Made by a program: the position numbers and the translations under genes
The notes under the pieces: generated by a model
Told to the model about the DNA's origin: nothing
The model's database searches: none
The model's input: the letters and a program-made list of their open reading frames with translations, nothing else
Assembly (NCBI RefSeq): GCF_963921235.1
Contig: NC_086107.1
Coordinates: forward strand, 113,090,001 to 113,154,000
Reading direction: 5' to 3'
Origin: Mobula hypostoma
Taxonomy: Eukaryota
DNA: 64,000 nt
In this document: positions 22,885-35,254 of the stretch, one piece after another
How the letters are laid out: each line of letters starts with the position of its first letter
Numbering within the stretch: the stretch's first letter is position 1

Positions 22885-23105
22885 CCGCGACCACGTGGGT
22901 TTCCTCCAGGTGCTCCGGTTTCCTCCCACATCCCAAAGATGGCGAGTTAGAGCGCTGTGGACGCGTTGCGTTGACGCTGGAAGCACGGTGAGCCACCACT
23001 GGTGACACTTGCGGGCTGCCCCCTCCCCGCACGTCCTCGGTATGGGTTGGTTGTTGACGCAGACGACACATTTCACCGTCTGTTTCGACGTCCATGTTAC
23101 AATCT
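22885..23105 (+). mobile_element. V-domain SINE fragment
   Basis: gtgggtttcctccaggtgctccggtttcctcccacatcccaaaga. Confidence 0.75.
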
Positions 23106-23606
23106 GTATGTCAGAGAGTAATGATAAGGGAACTCGTAGCACGGATCTGTACGGGTGTTCATGGGTAGAGCAACCGTAATGTGAGGGAGGCTGGTACGAC
23201 TCCACTGTTCTGAGGTTCTTGTTTTAGGTGTTTGCGGTGTAAGGCAGGGATAGTTGTAGCTTTACGCCCTGCTCCAGGAACACTTTCCCAACGGGAGGCT
23301 GCAGACATTGCCGGCAAAGTGGAGGCCAAGGCAGCTCTTGCTGGTGCTTCTGCCCTTGCAGAGGGGTGACTGTCGACGTACCGAAAGCTCTCATCATTGA
23401 CCTGGCTCTTGTCCATAAGTCCATAAGACACAGGAGCAGAATTAGGCCATTCGGCCCATCGAGTCCGCTCCTCCATTTCATCATGGCTGATCCATTTTCC
23501 CTCTCGGCCCCAATCTGTCGTCTCCCTGTATCCCTTCATCTTGAGGCTAATCAAAAATCTACCAACCTCTGTCTTAGATATACCCAGTGATTTGGCCCCC
23601 CACTCT

Positions 23607-24362
23607 AATTGAATTGAATTGACTTTATTTCTTACATCCTTCACATACACGAGGAGTAAAAATCTTTATGTTATATCTCCATCTAAATGTGCAATGTGCA
23701 GTCACAGTAATTTATAATAAATAGAACAGTCGGTGTAACATAGAAATACACTCAGATCAGCATGAATTAATCAGTCTGATGGCCTGGTGGAAGAAGCTGT
23801 CCTAGAGACTGTTGGTCCTGGTTTTTATGCTGCGGTACCGTTTCCTGGATGGTAGTAGCTGGAATAGTTTGTGTTTGGGGTGACTCGGGTCCCCAATGAT
23901 CCTTCGGGCCCTTTTCTCACACCTGTCCTTGTAAATGTCCTGAATCATGGGAAGTTCACAACTCCCGATGTGCTGGGCTGTCTGCTCCACTCTCTGCAGA
24001 GTCCTGCGATTGAGGGAGGTACAGTTCCCGTACCAGGCAGTGATGCAGCCAGTCAGGATGCTCTCAATTGTGCCCCTGTAGAATGTTCTTAGGATTTGGG
24101 GGCCCACACCAAACTTCTTCAACCGTCTGAGGTGAAAGAGACGCTGTTGTGCCTTTTTCATCACACAGCTGGTGTGTCCAGACCACGTGAGATCCTCAGT
24201 GATGTTCATGCCGAGGAACTTGAAGCTGTTTACCCTCTCAACCCCAAACCCATTGATGTCAATAGGGGTTATCCCGTCTCCATTCCTCCTGTAATCCACA
24301 ACCAGCTCCTTTGTTTTTGCGACAGTGAGAGAGAGGTTGTTTTCCTGACGCCACTGTGTCAG
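23607..24362 (-). mobile_element. Rex1/Babar LINE 3' fragment inserted in a CR1 3' fragment (23415-23605 + 24365-24605)
   Basis: ORF 23802-24299 FKFLG...KKAQQRLFHLRRLKKFG...IESILTGCITAWYGNC; (caatt)n tail. Confidence 0.9.
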
Positions 24363-24899
24363 AGAGACCTTTCAACATTCAGTACGTTTCAGTGAGGTCA
24401 CCCCTCATTCTTCTGAACTCCAGCTGAGTTCAGGCCCAGAGGCATCCAACGCTCTTCATACGACAAGCCTTCATTGCCAGAATCATTTTTTGTGAATCTC
24501 CTTTGAACTCTTTCCAATGTCAGGGCATCCTTTCTAAGGTAAGGGGCCCCAAAACTGCCCACAATACTCCAAGTCAGGCCTCACCAGTGCTTTATAAAGC
24601 CTCACCGTTGCACAGTTGTGGTTTTGAATTGTTGGGGGGGGGCCAGAGCTCTTTGGTGGGGGCAATCTGGTGGAGGATCTCAGTCTTCCACATGTTTGGT
24701 GTGAGACCTACCCAATCATTTGCCCTAAAGAAGGATTACGGAACCCCCGCGTGTGCATTCACACACTTTGCGTACTCTGTCTCAACCTCTGAAGTTAGGT
24801 TTGCGAGCGCAGAGTAAGAGCTTCAAAGTCAAAATCAAGTTTACTATCAAAAATCTGACCCTGGGGTTCATTTTCTTGCTGGCAGTTAGAGGAAAATAG

Positions 24900-25545
24900 A
24901 GGGAGGAGAAGATGGTGGCGCGACGCAGCGCGCGCGGCCGTTCCAAATGAATATCGATATGTGTTAACTAGGGGGGCCGTGCACAATCCTGATTTGATGG
25001 AGACGGACGTGAGAAGCAAGGAGGAACATCTGGAGTAACTTCTGAAATGCCCGCTTCGCTGCCGCTGTTACTGTGCGATCGAGAATCTCCGGAGACGAAG
25101 GCCCCAAATCCTTGGATTTGCGTATCGCCTGTTGCCGGGGCCGGGGTCGAAGCGCTCGGCAGAGATGGTGCTCGGTGCTCAGTGTCGGAGGGCTGGTCGG
25201 AGGCTCGGAGTTTTTGGACGGACTCGGAGTCGGACTGTGGTCGGATGCTTCCAGGATGCTGCACCAGCAAGTGGAGGTTCACCGTCTGCGTGAGATGATG
25301 GGACTTTCGAGAAACTTTGAGACTTTTACTGTGCCCATGGTCTATTCTTATCAAATTACGGTATTGCTTTGCACTGTTGTAACTATATGTTATAATTATG
25401 TGGCTTTTGTTAGTTTTTAAGTCGGTTTGGCATGTGTTTTCGTGATATCATTCTGGAAAAACATTGTATCATTTCTTAACGCATGCATTACTAAATGACA
25501 ATAAAAGGGGACTGTGTGTCCTCATAATCATAATCACAATCATAA
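24900..25545 (+). mobile_element. ~620 bp non-autonomous retroelement (GC-rich head, LINE-like tail); related copies 30675-31362 and 56310-56815
   Basis: Head gagaagatgg(t/c)ggcgcgacg; tail aatgacaataaaag...ctcataatc(ataatc)n; no coherent ORF. Confidence 0.8.
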
Positions 25546-25727
25546 AATAGAGGAAAATAGTGAAACACAGTAGAATTTGTGAAAAGCTATACATAAACAA
25601 AGATTGGAAAACAACCAATGTGCAGAAAGAAGACAAATTAAGCACTAAAAGTAATACTGAGAACATGAGGTGTAAAGTCATTCAAAGTGGGTCTGTGGCT
25701 TGCCAGAGTGGTAGTGAGTGAAGTTAT

Positions 25728-25957
25728 TGAAGCACCTTCAATTACTCCAAAAGACTGAGGTTTGGTAAAAATACTGAAAGGCTTTTATTCGCTGTACAAT
25801 ACGACCTCCACAGTGAGTGTCTGCCCCCGGACTGAGGGGGAGGGGCAAGGCGAACACCTTTATACAGGACTCTGTGGGAGGAGCCACAGGGGCAGTCAGC
25901 AGAGGGGTGTGTCCAGACAGGTAACCCAGTTACAACATATATACATGGTTTACCACA
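25728..25957 (-). mobile_element. Solo LTR (230 bp)
   Basis: TG...CA termini; 5 bp TSD gttat (25723-25727, 25958-25962); minus-strand TATAAA followed by AATAAA. Confidence 0.88.
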
Positions 25958-26334
25958 GTTATCCACGCCGGTTCAGGAACCCGATGATTGCAGAGTAGTA
26001 ACTGTTTCCGAACCTGGTGGTGTGGGGCCTAGAACTCCTGTACCTCCTTCTCGATGGCGGTAGTGAGAAGGGAGCGTGGTCCGGGTGGTGGGGGGACTTC
26101 AATGATGGACGATGCTCGTGGTTACGGTGGGTTAGGTTCTCAGGATCAGACTCTGAATCAGAATCAGGTTTACTATCACTGGCATATGATGTGAAATTTG
26201 TTTTTTTCTTGCAGCAGTACATTGCAATACATAATAAAAAACTATAAATTACAATAAGAAATACACACACATTTTTCCTTCAAATTATTTATTTATCTAT
26301 TTATATTCCTTTAAAAACATTTATTTATTTATTT

Positions 26335-26705
26335 TTAAGTATGCGTTTAGGGCAGCAATGAAGGTTCCCCATCTCTGGTGGTGTTCAGGGCTTCCTTCAT
26401 CATGCCGGTGGCTTCCTCTCGGTTTTCACTACTGTCACTCATGCAAGTCTCGGGGTGGAGACTCGGGAATACCGTCACACTCAGATGTACAAGGTTTCCT
26501 CATTGCTGTTTACGTTACAGTTTTGTTTTGTCAGTCGGGGTTGTTCCCCGAACCTGGAGGACTGGTGGACCACTCTTAGTCTGCCCTCTACCCTTTGACC
26601 TGTTTGGCATGGGTGACCCTCCCAAGAGCCCTGACTCCAGCCAACATAGCCCTCTGGGTCACTGAGGCACGCAAGCCTCCAAACCAGGACAAGGTTGTGA
26701 TCCTC
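26335..26705 (-). mobile_element. Non-autonomous bipartite RTE-derived element
   Basis: Homologous to 3060-4030 and 41305-41720; nested in a Rex fragment (26140-26270 + 26705-27045). Confidence 0.75.
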
Positions 26706-27459
26706 TTGGAGGAAATAGTGCAAAAAGAGACCCCAAAAAAGTGAGGCACAACAGAGTCCACGGGTTCATGGACCATTCAGAGATCTGCTGGCAGAGGGGA
26801 AGAAGCTGTTCCTAAAACACTGAGTGTGTGTCTTCGGGCTCTGGTACCTCTTTGAAGGTAGCAATGAGAAGAGGGCATCTCCTGGCTGATGGGCACTGGC
26901 TTTTGAGGACGTCCTGGATACTGGGGAGGCCAGTGGCCATGATGGAATTGACTGAGTTTACAACTTTCTGCAGCTTTTTCCAACCCTGCACAGTGGCCTT
27001 TCTGTACCAGAAGATGATGCAGCCAGTTAGAATGCTCTCCACAGTAAACTGCTTACATCTAGACTATCTCTACTTCGGTGGAAATTTGTTGGAGATGAGA
27101 CAAAGTATTGCACTCAGGAAAATGAAGAAGAGGTTTCCTGTGATGACCTTAAACATCACTAGGACTGTGTCAATGTGAATCTGTTAAAAACCCTAACACC
27201 ATTAATCAAGGATTATGGAAAATCTTGCTGCAATTTGATACAAAATAGAAAATGTCCCAAAACATCAGGTCAGGCAGCATCTGCAGAAGTTTTGATGAAG
27301 GGTCATAGAGACCTACTGCACAGAAACAGGCCCTTCAACTCATCTAGTCCCATTGACCTGCCCTGGGACCACACCCCTCCCATCCATGTACCTATCCAAA
27401 CTTCTCTTAAACTTTGAAACCGAGCTCACACCCACCACGTTCCACACTCTCACCAGCCC

Positions 27460-27975
27460 CTGTGTCCATGGGTTCAATGTCCATTCAGAAATTGGATGGC
27501 AGAGGGGAAGAAGCTGTTCCTGAATCATTGAGTGTGTGCCTTTAGGCTCCTGTACCTCCTTCCTGATGGTAGCAATGGGAAGAGGGCACGTCCTGGGTGA
27601 TGAGGGTCCTTAATGATGGACGCTGCCTTTTTGAGGCATTGCTCCTTGAAGGTGTCCAGGATACTACGGAGACTAGTACCCACGAAGGAGCTGACTAAGT
27701 TTACAACTCTCTGCAGCTTATTTCAATTCTGTGCCCCCCCACCTCTCCCCCCCCCCATACCAGACGGTGATGCAGCCAGTTAGAATGCTCTCCATGGTAC
27801 ATCTGTAGAAATTTGCAAGTGTTTTTGGTGACAGACCGTTCTCCTCAAACTCCTGATGAAATATAGAAACTGTCATGCCTTCTTTCAAGTGGCATCGATA
27901 TGTTGGGTCCAGGTTAGATCCTCAGAGATACTGAGGCCCAGGAACTTGAAATTGCTAACTCTTTCCACTTCTGTG
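27460..27975 (-). mobile_element. Rex1/Babar LINE fragment
   Basis: Same RT-downstream region as other copies (FYRCTMESILTGCITVWYG...HHPGRALF.LLPSGRRYRSL). Confidence 0.85.
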
Positions 27976-28359
27976 CATTCCGTGGGTTATCAATGTTAGT
28001 ATCACAGGCTTATGTTGTTAGGAGAACATACATTCTCCCTGCGACCGCGTGGGTTTCCTCCGGGTGCTCTGGTTTCCTCCCACATTCCAAAGACGTACGG
28101 TCTGGTTGGTTAATTGGTCACGTGGGTGTAACTGGGCAGCTCACTCTGGTTGGGCTGGAGGGGCCTGTTATTGCACTGTATTTCTAAATAAACTAAAAAT
28201 AAAAGACATTAAAATGCCATCACCTCCTGCTGACCTTCAGTCTTTTGCATAGTAACGGGTGAGAGGTGCTGGGCCAAACTTGGGCATTTGATCTGCAGGT
28301 CCTGTACAAGCAGCTTCACTTATACAAGCCGGGAAGCTTCAATTGGGAAAGTGGAACTG

Positions 28360-28395
28360 GTGCTATTGCCACAGCGGCCACAAGATGGTGCTCTA
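28360..28395 (+). promoter_or_regulatory. Probable CTCF site with upstream motif
   Basis: cggCCACAAGATGGTGCTc matches the CTCF core; TGCTATTGCC just upstream resembles the upstream motif; lies in unique sequence. Confidence 0.5.
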
Positions 28396-28574
28396 GTGTC
28401 AGGTACAGTACCTGGCTCTGACCTGCTGCCATGTTGGAACCCAAAGGGACCAGGGTTCTTGTTATTTAGATGCTGTTCATGGTGGTAACTCGCTCCACCC
28501 CTCCCTCAATAGGCAGAGACCAATGCATTCTATCCTGTTGGCTAGACAAGCTTGTCCTGTTCTGATCACGTCAC

Positions 28575-29295
28575 TATAGGATTCAGATGCAGAGAGTGGT
28601 AGCGGATGGAGCGTATTCTGCCTGCAGGTCCGTGACTGGAGGTAGTAAACAGGGATTTATTCTGGGACCCCTGCTCTTTGTGATTTTTATAAGTGACTTG
28701 GACGAGGAAGTGGAAGGTGGGTTAGAAAGTCTGAAGATGACATAAAAGGTTGGCGATGTTGTGGATGGTCGTCATTGGTTACAGTGGGACATTGATGGGA
28801 TGCAGAGACTGGCTGAGCTGGTAGATGGAGTTCAGCCTGGAAAAGTGTGAAGTGGTTCAGTTTGGAAAACAGAGTACAGGGTTCATAGCAGGATTCTTAA
28901 CAGTGTGGAGGAGCAGAGGGATCTTGAGGTCCACGTTGATAGATCCCTCAAATTTGACGTGTCAGTTGATAGGGTAGTTAAGAAGGCAATTGGTGTGCTG
29001 GCCTTTATTAATCGGGGAACTGAGTTTGAGAGCCCTGAGGTAATGTTGTGACTCTATGAATCTCTAGTTAGACCACACCTGGAGTATTGTGTTCAGTTCC
29101 TGTCACCTCATTATTGGAAGGCTGTGGAAGCTTTAGAGAGGGTGCACAGGAGATTTACCAGGATGCTGTCTGGACTAGAGAGCTTGTCTTATGAGGAAAG
29201 GTTGAGTGAGTTAGGGCCTTTCTCTCTGGAGTGAAGAAAGATGAGAGGTGACTTGATAGAGGTGTACAAGATGATAAGAGGCATCAATTGAGTGC
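28575..29295 (+). mobile_element. Degenerate CR1 RT fragment
   Basis: [35 protein letters not shown] remnants. Confidence 0.85.
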
Positions 29296-29424
29296 TAACC
29301 ACCACAATACTTGGCTGTCCTATTAGGGGTCATGTCCAGGTTTGAGTGCAGTACTACAGGACAAAACTTTCACCAGACAACTGCGCACGAGATGCGTGGC
29401 TATGTTGTGGCTACGGTAATGTCA

Positions 29425-29822
29425 ACATATAGAATAGTACAGCACAGTACAGGCCCTTCGGCCCACAATGTTGTGCCGACCCTCAAACCCTGCCTCCCAT
29501 ATAAGCCCCCACCTTAAATTCCTCCATATACCTGTCTAGTAGTCTCTTAAACCTCACTAGTGTATCTGCCTCCACCACTGACTCAGGCAGTGCATTCCAC
29601 GCACCAACCACTCTCTGAGTAAAAAACCTTCCTCTAATATCCCCCTTGAACTTCCCACCCCTTACCTTAAAGCCATGTCCTCTTGTATTGAGCAGTGGTG
29701 CCCTGGGGAAGAGGCGCTGGCTATCCACTCTATCTATTCCTCTTATTATCTCGTACACCTCTATCATGTCTCCTCTCATCCTCCTTCTCTCCAAAGAGTA
29801 AAGCCCTAGTTCCCTTAATCTC
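29425..29822 (-). mobile_element. CR1 3' fragment
   Basis: ERRRMRGDMIEVY...TRGHGFK...FFTQRVVGAWNALP. Confidence 0.9.
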
Positions 29823-30009
29823 TGAAATCACTGATGTATGACACCCATTTGACAACTCTTGTGGTAAATGCCACCATGCACGGATTCTCCCCAACTCTGG
29901 GAAATAGACAGGAGCCATTAGCCTTATCTATGCTCTTCATGATTTTATAAACCCCGATAAGGTCACGTCACAGAAGAAGATCTCCTGGTCAATCCAACCT
30001 CTTCCTACC

Positions 30010-30575
30010 TTGTGGGCCCAACATACTGATGCAATTACAAAGAAGGCATTGCCAGCGGCTGTATTTCATTAGGAGTTTGAGGAGATTTGGTATGTCACCA
30101 AAGCCTCTTGCAAATTACTACAGATATTCTGTGGAGAGCATTCTGACTGGTTACATCACCTGGTGTGGAGGGGCCACTGCACAAGATTGGAAAATCCTGC
30201 AGAGCATTGTAGACTTGGCCATCTCCATCATGGGCACAACCTTCCCCACTATCAAGGACATCTTCAAATGGTGATACCTCAAGATGCTGCACCCATCAAA
30301 AAGGACCCTCGCCATCCAGGACATACCCTCTCCTCATTGCTACCGTCAAGAAGAAAGACACACACTCAATGTTTTAGGAACAGCTTCTTCCCCTCTGCCA
30401 TCAGATTTCTGAATAGACAACAACCCATGAACACTACCTTGCCATTTAGTTTTCTTTATCCACTATGTATTTATTGTAATTTATTGTAATTTTTATGAAA
30501 GGCAAAGTACCGTTGCCGTAAAACAGTAAATTTCATGACATACATCAGTGATGATAAACCTGATTCTGATTCCAA
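30010..30575 (+). mobile_element. Rex1/Babar LINE 3' fragment
   Basis: QRLYFIRSLRRFGMS...VESILTG; tail cctgattctgatt. Confidence 0.85.
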
Positions 30576-31819
30576 AGAGTTTTTCTTGATTACAGTTTTG
30601 CTATAACTGTGGCGACCTGTATAATCCAAATCACGTTCCTTGATCCATCAGTTGTGTTGTAATCCGCCCGGGAGTGGGGAGAAGATGGCGGCGCGACGAC
30701 AGCGTGCGCAGCCACTCTGGTGATGAATATCTGTTATCTGTCAAGTAGGGGACCGTGCACAATTCTGATTTGATGGAGAGACGGACGTGAGAGCACGGAG
30801 GAACATCTGGAAAACTTCTGAAATGACTGCTTTGCTACTGCTGCTACTGTGTGGTAACCAGAATCTCCGGAGCTGAAGGCCCCGAAATCCTCGGCTTTGC
30901 GTGTTTCAGCGGCCGGGGAGAGGTCGAAGGCGCTCGGCAGAGGATGGCGCTCGGGAGGCTGTATCGGAGAGGCTGCTCGGAAGCTTGGAGTTTTCAGACG
31001 GATGGACTCCAGGTCGGCTGTGGTCGGCTTCTTCCAAGGTATCGGCAAGTTGACGGTACCTGGAGGTTTATGGCAGGGGGTTTCTCCCTTTTGCCACCGC
31101 TATCGCGGACTTGGGAGTGGATCGACTCGGGACTTCGAGACCTTTTTTTTTACCGTGCCCATGGTCTGTTCTTTATCAAATTACGGTATTGCTTTGCACT
31201 TCTGTAACTATATGTTATAATGATGTGGTTCTGTCAGTGTTAGTCTTTGGTCTGTCTTGTTTTCTGTGATATCACTCCGGAGAAACATTGTATCATTTCT
31301 TAATGCATATATGTATTTCTAAATGACAATTAAAAAGGACTGAGTGTTCTCATAATCTAAATCAAGTCATGTCAGGGAAATACACATTGTAGTAGAACAG
31401 ACTATTGGTAATAGCGACCATGAAACTAATCGATTTCATAATTACACGCTTGGTTCACTAATATCCTTCAGTGAAGGGTGGCCGTTATCTTCGTCTGCTC
31501 TGGTTTCTGTGACTCCAGATCCAAAGCAACGGGGTTGACTCTTGACAGCCTTGAAATTGGTGGCAAGTCACCTGGTCCAAGAGAACACAGAGGTGGGCAA
31601 TCTAACGACAGACGGGTGGAGTTAAATGTGTGGTGTACGTGTTGGGAGGCACACACTTCTTAAGGGACAGTACTTTATTTATTGAGATAAGATGTGGAAC
31701 AGGAGTTCTGGTCTTTGAGCCACACTGCCCAGTAGCCTCCGCTTTAACCCTAGCCTAATCATGGGACAATTTGCATTGACCAATTCACCACAAGGCTGTG
31801 TTCTTGGCCCCTACTCTAC

Positions 31820-33412
31820 TCACTTTACCCTGATGGACTGTGTGGCTAAGCACAGCTCCAATGCCAGAGTCAAGTTTGCTGACAACACAGCTGTTGTTGG
31901 CCGAATCAAAGTTGCTGCTGAAGCAGAATATTGAGAATCTGGCTGAGTGGTGCCATAACAACAAAGATTCACTCAACGTCAGGAAGAACAAGGAGCTGAT
32001 TTTTGACTTCAGGAGAAGGAAACCAGAGGCCCATGAGCCAGTCGTCATCAGAGGATCAGAGGTGGAGAAGGTCAGCAACGTTGAGGTCCTCTGTGTTAAT
32101 TTGGAGTATTGTGTACAGTTCTGGCCACTGAATTATAGGAAAGATGTCAATAAAATTGAGAGAGTACAGATGAGGTTTACTAAAATGTTGCCTGGGTTTC
32201 ATCTCCTAAGTTACAGAGAAAGGTTGAACAAGTTAGGTCTCTATTCTTTGGAATGTAGAAGGTTGAGGGGGGACTTGATAGAGGTGTTTAAAATTATGAG
32301 GGGGGATAGATAGAGTTGACGCGGATAGGCTTTTTCCATTGAGAGTGGGGAGATTCACACAAGAGGACATGAGTTGAGAGTTAAAAGGCAAAAGTTTAGG
32401 GGTAACATGAGGGGGAACTTCTTTACTCAGAGAGTGGTAGCTGTGTGGAACGAGCTTCCAGCAGAAGTGGTTGAGGCAGGTTCGATGTTGTCGTTTAAAG
32501 TTAAATTGGATAGATATATGGACAGGAAAGGAATGGAGGGTTATGGGCTGAGTGCAGGTCGGTGGGACTAGGTGAGAGTAAGAGTTCGGCACAGACTAGA
32601 AGGGCCGAGATGGCCTGTTTCCGTGCTGTAATTATTATATGGTTATATGGTTAATATTTCAGAGGACCTGTCCTGGGCCCAGCATGTAAGATCAATTACG
32701 AAGAACGCACGGCAGCACCTCTACTTCCTTAGGAGTTTATGAAGATACGGTATGACATCTAAAACCTTGACAAACTTCTATAGATGTGTGGTGAAGAGTA
32801 CAGTGATTGGCTGCATCACAGCCTGGTGTGGAAACACCAATATCCTTGAATGGAAAATCCTACAAAAACTAGTGGACTTGGCCCAGATCAACACTGGTAA
32901 AGTCCTCCCAGCCATTGAGCACATCTATATGAAACGTTGTCGCAGGAAAGCAGCGTCTATCATCAGGGACCCCCGCCACCCACGATATGCTCTCTTCTCA
33001 CTGCTGCCATCAGGAAGAAGGCACAAGAGCATCTGGAGTCACACCACCAGGTTCAGGAGCAGTTACTACCCCTCAACCATCAGGCTCCTGAACCAACGGT
33101 GTAACTACACTCAACTCCACTCACCCCATCATTGACATGTTCCCACAAATTATGGGCTCACTTTCAGGGACTCTTCAACTCATGCTCTTGATACTTATTG
33201 CTTATTTATTTATTATTATTATTATTTAATTTTGTATTTGCACAGTTTGTTGTCTTTTGCACACTGTCTGAACACCCAATATGGGTGATATTTTGTTGAT
33301 TCTGTTATGATTATTATTCTATAGACATTGCGTATGCCTGCAGGAAAATGAATCTCGGGGTTGTAGTTGGTGACCTATATGTACCTTGATAATAAATTTC
33401 CTTTAATGTTGA
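31820..33412 (+). mobile_element. Rex1/Babar fragment interrupted by a CR1 3' fragment (32098-32653)
   Basis: KFADNT..., EVEKVSN, then resumes isedlsw...NFYRCVV; CR1 insert LEYCVQFW...RVVAVWNELP with (tatggtta)n tail. Confidence 0.88.
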
Positions 33413-33529
33413 ACCTAGTAACCGGTATGTCTTTGGACTTTGGGAGGAAACCGGAGCGTTTGGGGGAAACCCATGGGGAGGGCGCACAGACTCCTTACAG
33501 ATGACGTCGGAATTGAACTCTGAATTCCA

Positions 33530-34115
33530 TAGACATAGACATAGACATACTTTATTGATCCCAAGGGAAACTGGGTTTCGTTACAGCTGCACCAACCAAG
33601 AATAGAGCATAAATATAGCAATACAAAAACCACAAACAATCAAACAAAAATATGCAAACTATGCCAGATGGAAATAAGTCCAGGACCAGCCTATTGGCTC
33701 AGGGTGTCTGACCCTCCATGGGAGGAGCTGTAAAGTTCGATGGCCACAGGCAGGAACAACCTCCTGTGACACCCAGTGTTGTATCTCGGTGGAATATGGC
33801 TGGAGTCCAACAGCAAAAAGTTCAATATCCAGGCTGCAAACACGTTCCTCGATCATAATATGACCAGGATTGCACCACCTGTTGTTAACCAGAACAGCAA
33901 GCTCCCAACTCCTTTACGCTTACCGCTCTCAGTGCACTTCCGGTCAGCCCGAACGGTCTGGAAGCCCTCTACGGAAAAGTATTGGTCGGGTATGTCCTCG
34001 TGCAGCCACGTTTCAGTAAAACACATAACCCTGCTCTCCCGAAATGTTCTCTGACTCCTGGCTAGCGCTGTCAACTCCAACACCCCAAGCTGTAATAGCG
34101 TCCCGCTAACCATGG
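33530..34115 (-). mobile_element. Internally deleted Rex1/Babar copy (endonuclease start fused to 3' end)
   Basis: FRESRVMCFTETWLHEDIPD...FQTVRADR joined to the same 3' end as 10880-11100. Confidence 0.75.
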
Positions 34116-34388
34116 CGCCACTTATTGGGAGCTTGGATGCTGAGACGTGGAGGGAGGGGTAGAGAGAAAGAAGGAGAAGAGATAGAGTGAAGGTGAAAGA
34201 TAGGGAGAGAAATAAGCACACACAATCACATGCATATTCATATTTATGAGGCAAGATTTCTCACACGGGGTGGTAGGCGCTTAGAACCTTCTGTCAGGGA
34301 AGGTGGAGAAGGCAAATGTTTAAGACAATATTTAAGAGGAATTTATGGTTGTCACAGTCAATGTGGGAAGAAAAGTCTGTTCTACAAC

Positions 34389-35059
34389 TCAGTAGCCACT
34401 TTATTACGTACACCTGTACACCTGCTCGTTAATGCAAATATCTAATCAGCCAATCATTTGGCAGCAACTCAATGCATAAAAGCATGCAGGCATGGTCAAG
34501 AGGTTCAGTTTTAGATTAGATTAGATTAGATTCAACTTTATTGTCATTGTGCCGAGTACAGATACAAAGCCAATGAAATGCATTTAGCATCTGACCAGAA
34601 ATGCAAAGAATAGTGTTATTTACAAAATAACTGCAAATAAAAAGGTGCTACAGCACACAAATATAAAAGTACTGAGACAGTACAATATGGGTGCAATACT
34701 GCTTAGCGCTGTGATGAGAGGTTCAGCAGGGTCACAGCCTCAGGGAAGAAGCTCTTCCTGTGCCTGCTGGTGCGGGAGCGGAGGCTCCTGTAGTGCCTAC
34801 CGGATGGGAGGAGAGTAAAAAGTCCATGGTTAGGGTGAGATGCATCCCTGATAATGCTTTTCGCCCTGCCCAGGCAGCGTTTATGGTAGATGTTCTCAAT
34901 GGTGGGCAATTGGGTTGTTCAGACCAAACATCAGAATGAGGAAGAAACGTGAGCTAAGTGACTTTGACTGTGGGATGATTGTTGGTGCCAGACAGGGTGA
35001 TTTGAGTATCTCAGAATCTGCTGATCCCTTAAGATTTTCACACACAACAGTCTCTACAG
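34389..35059 (+). mobile_element. Tc1/mariner fragment with a Rex 3' fragment (34511-34910, minus) inserted
   Basis: Left TIR cagtagccactttattacgtac; resumes gttgttcagacc at ~34913; insert has (tctaa)n tail. Confidence 0.85.
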
Positions 35060-35254
35060 CAGTGATCCCCAGTGGGGGTGGTTACGTGTCCTAAAGGGCT
35101 TCAGGGGAAATAGAAATCATTGGGGGGGGCATTCAAGATTCTTGGTGGGGGGCAGAAAACAGCACCCCAACTTGAGGAACAAGACCTGACTGACCGTTAA
35201 TGGAGCAGCACTCCCAAAAACAAGGATGAGGCACTGGAACATGGGGAACCATTG
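35060..35254. mobile_element. Possible hAT/Charlie-type MITE
   Basis: Imperfect TIR cagtgatcccc / ggggaaccattg; 7/8 TSD ctctacag / ctctgcag. Confidence 0.5.
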
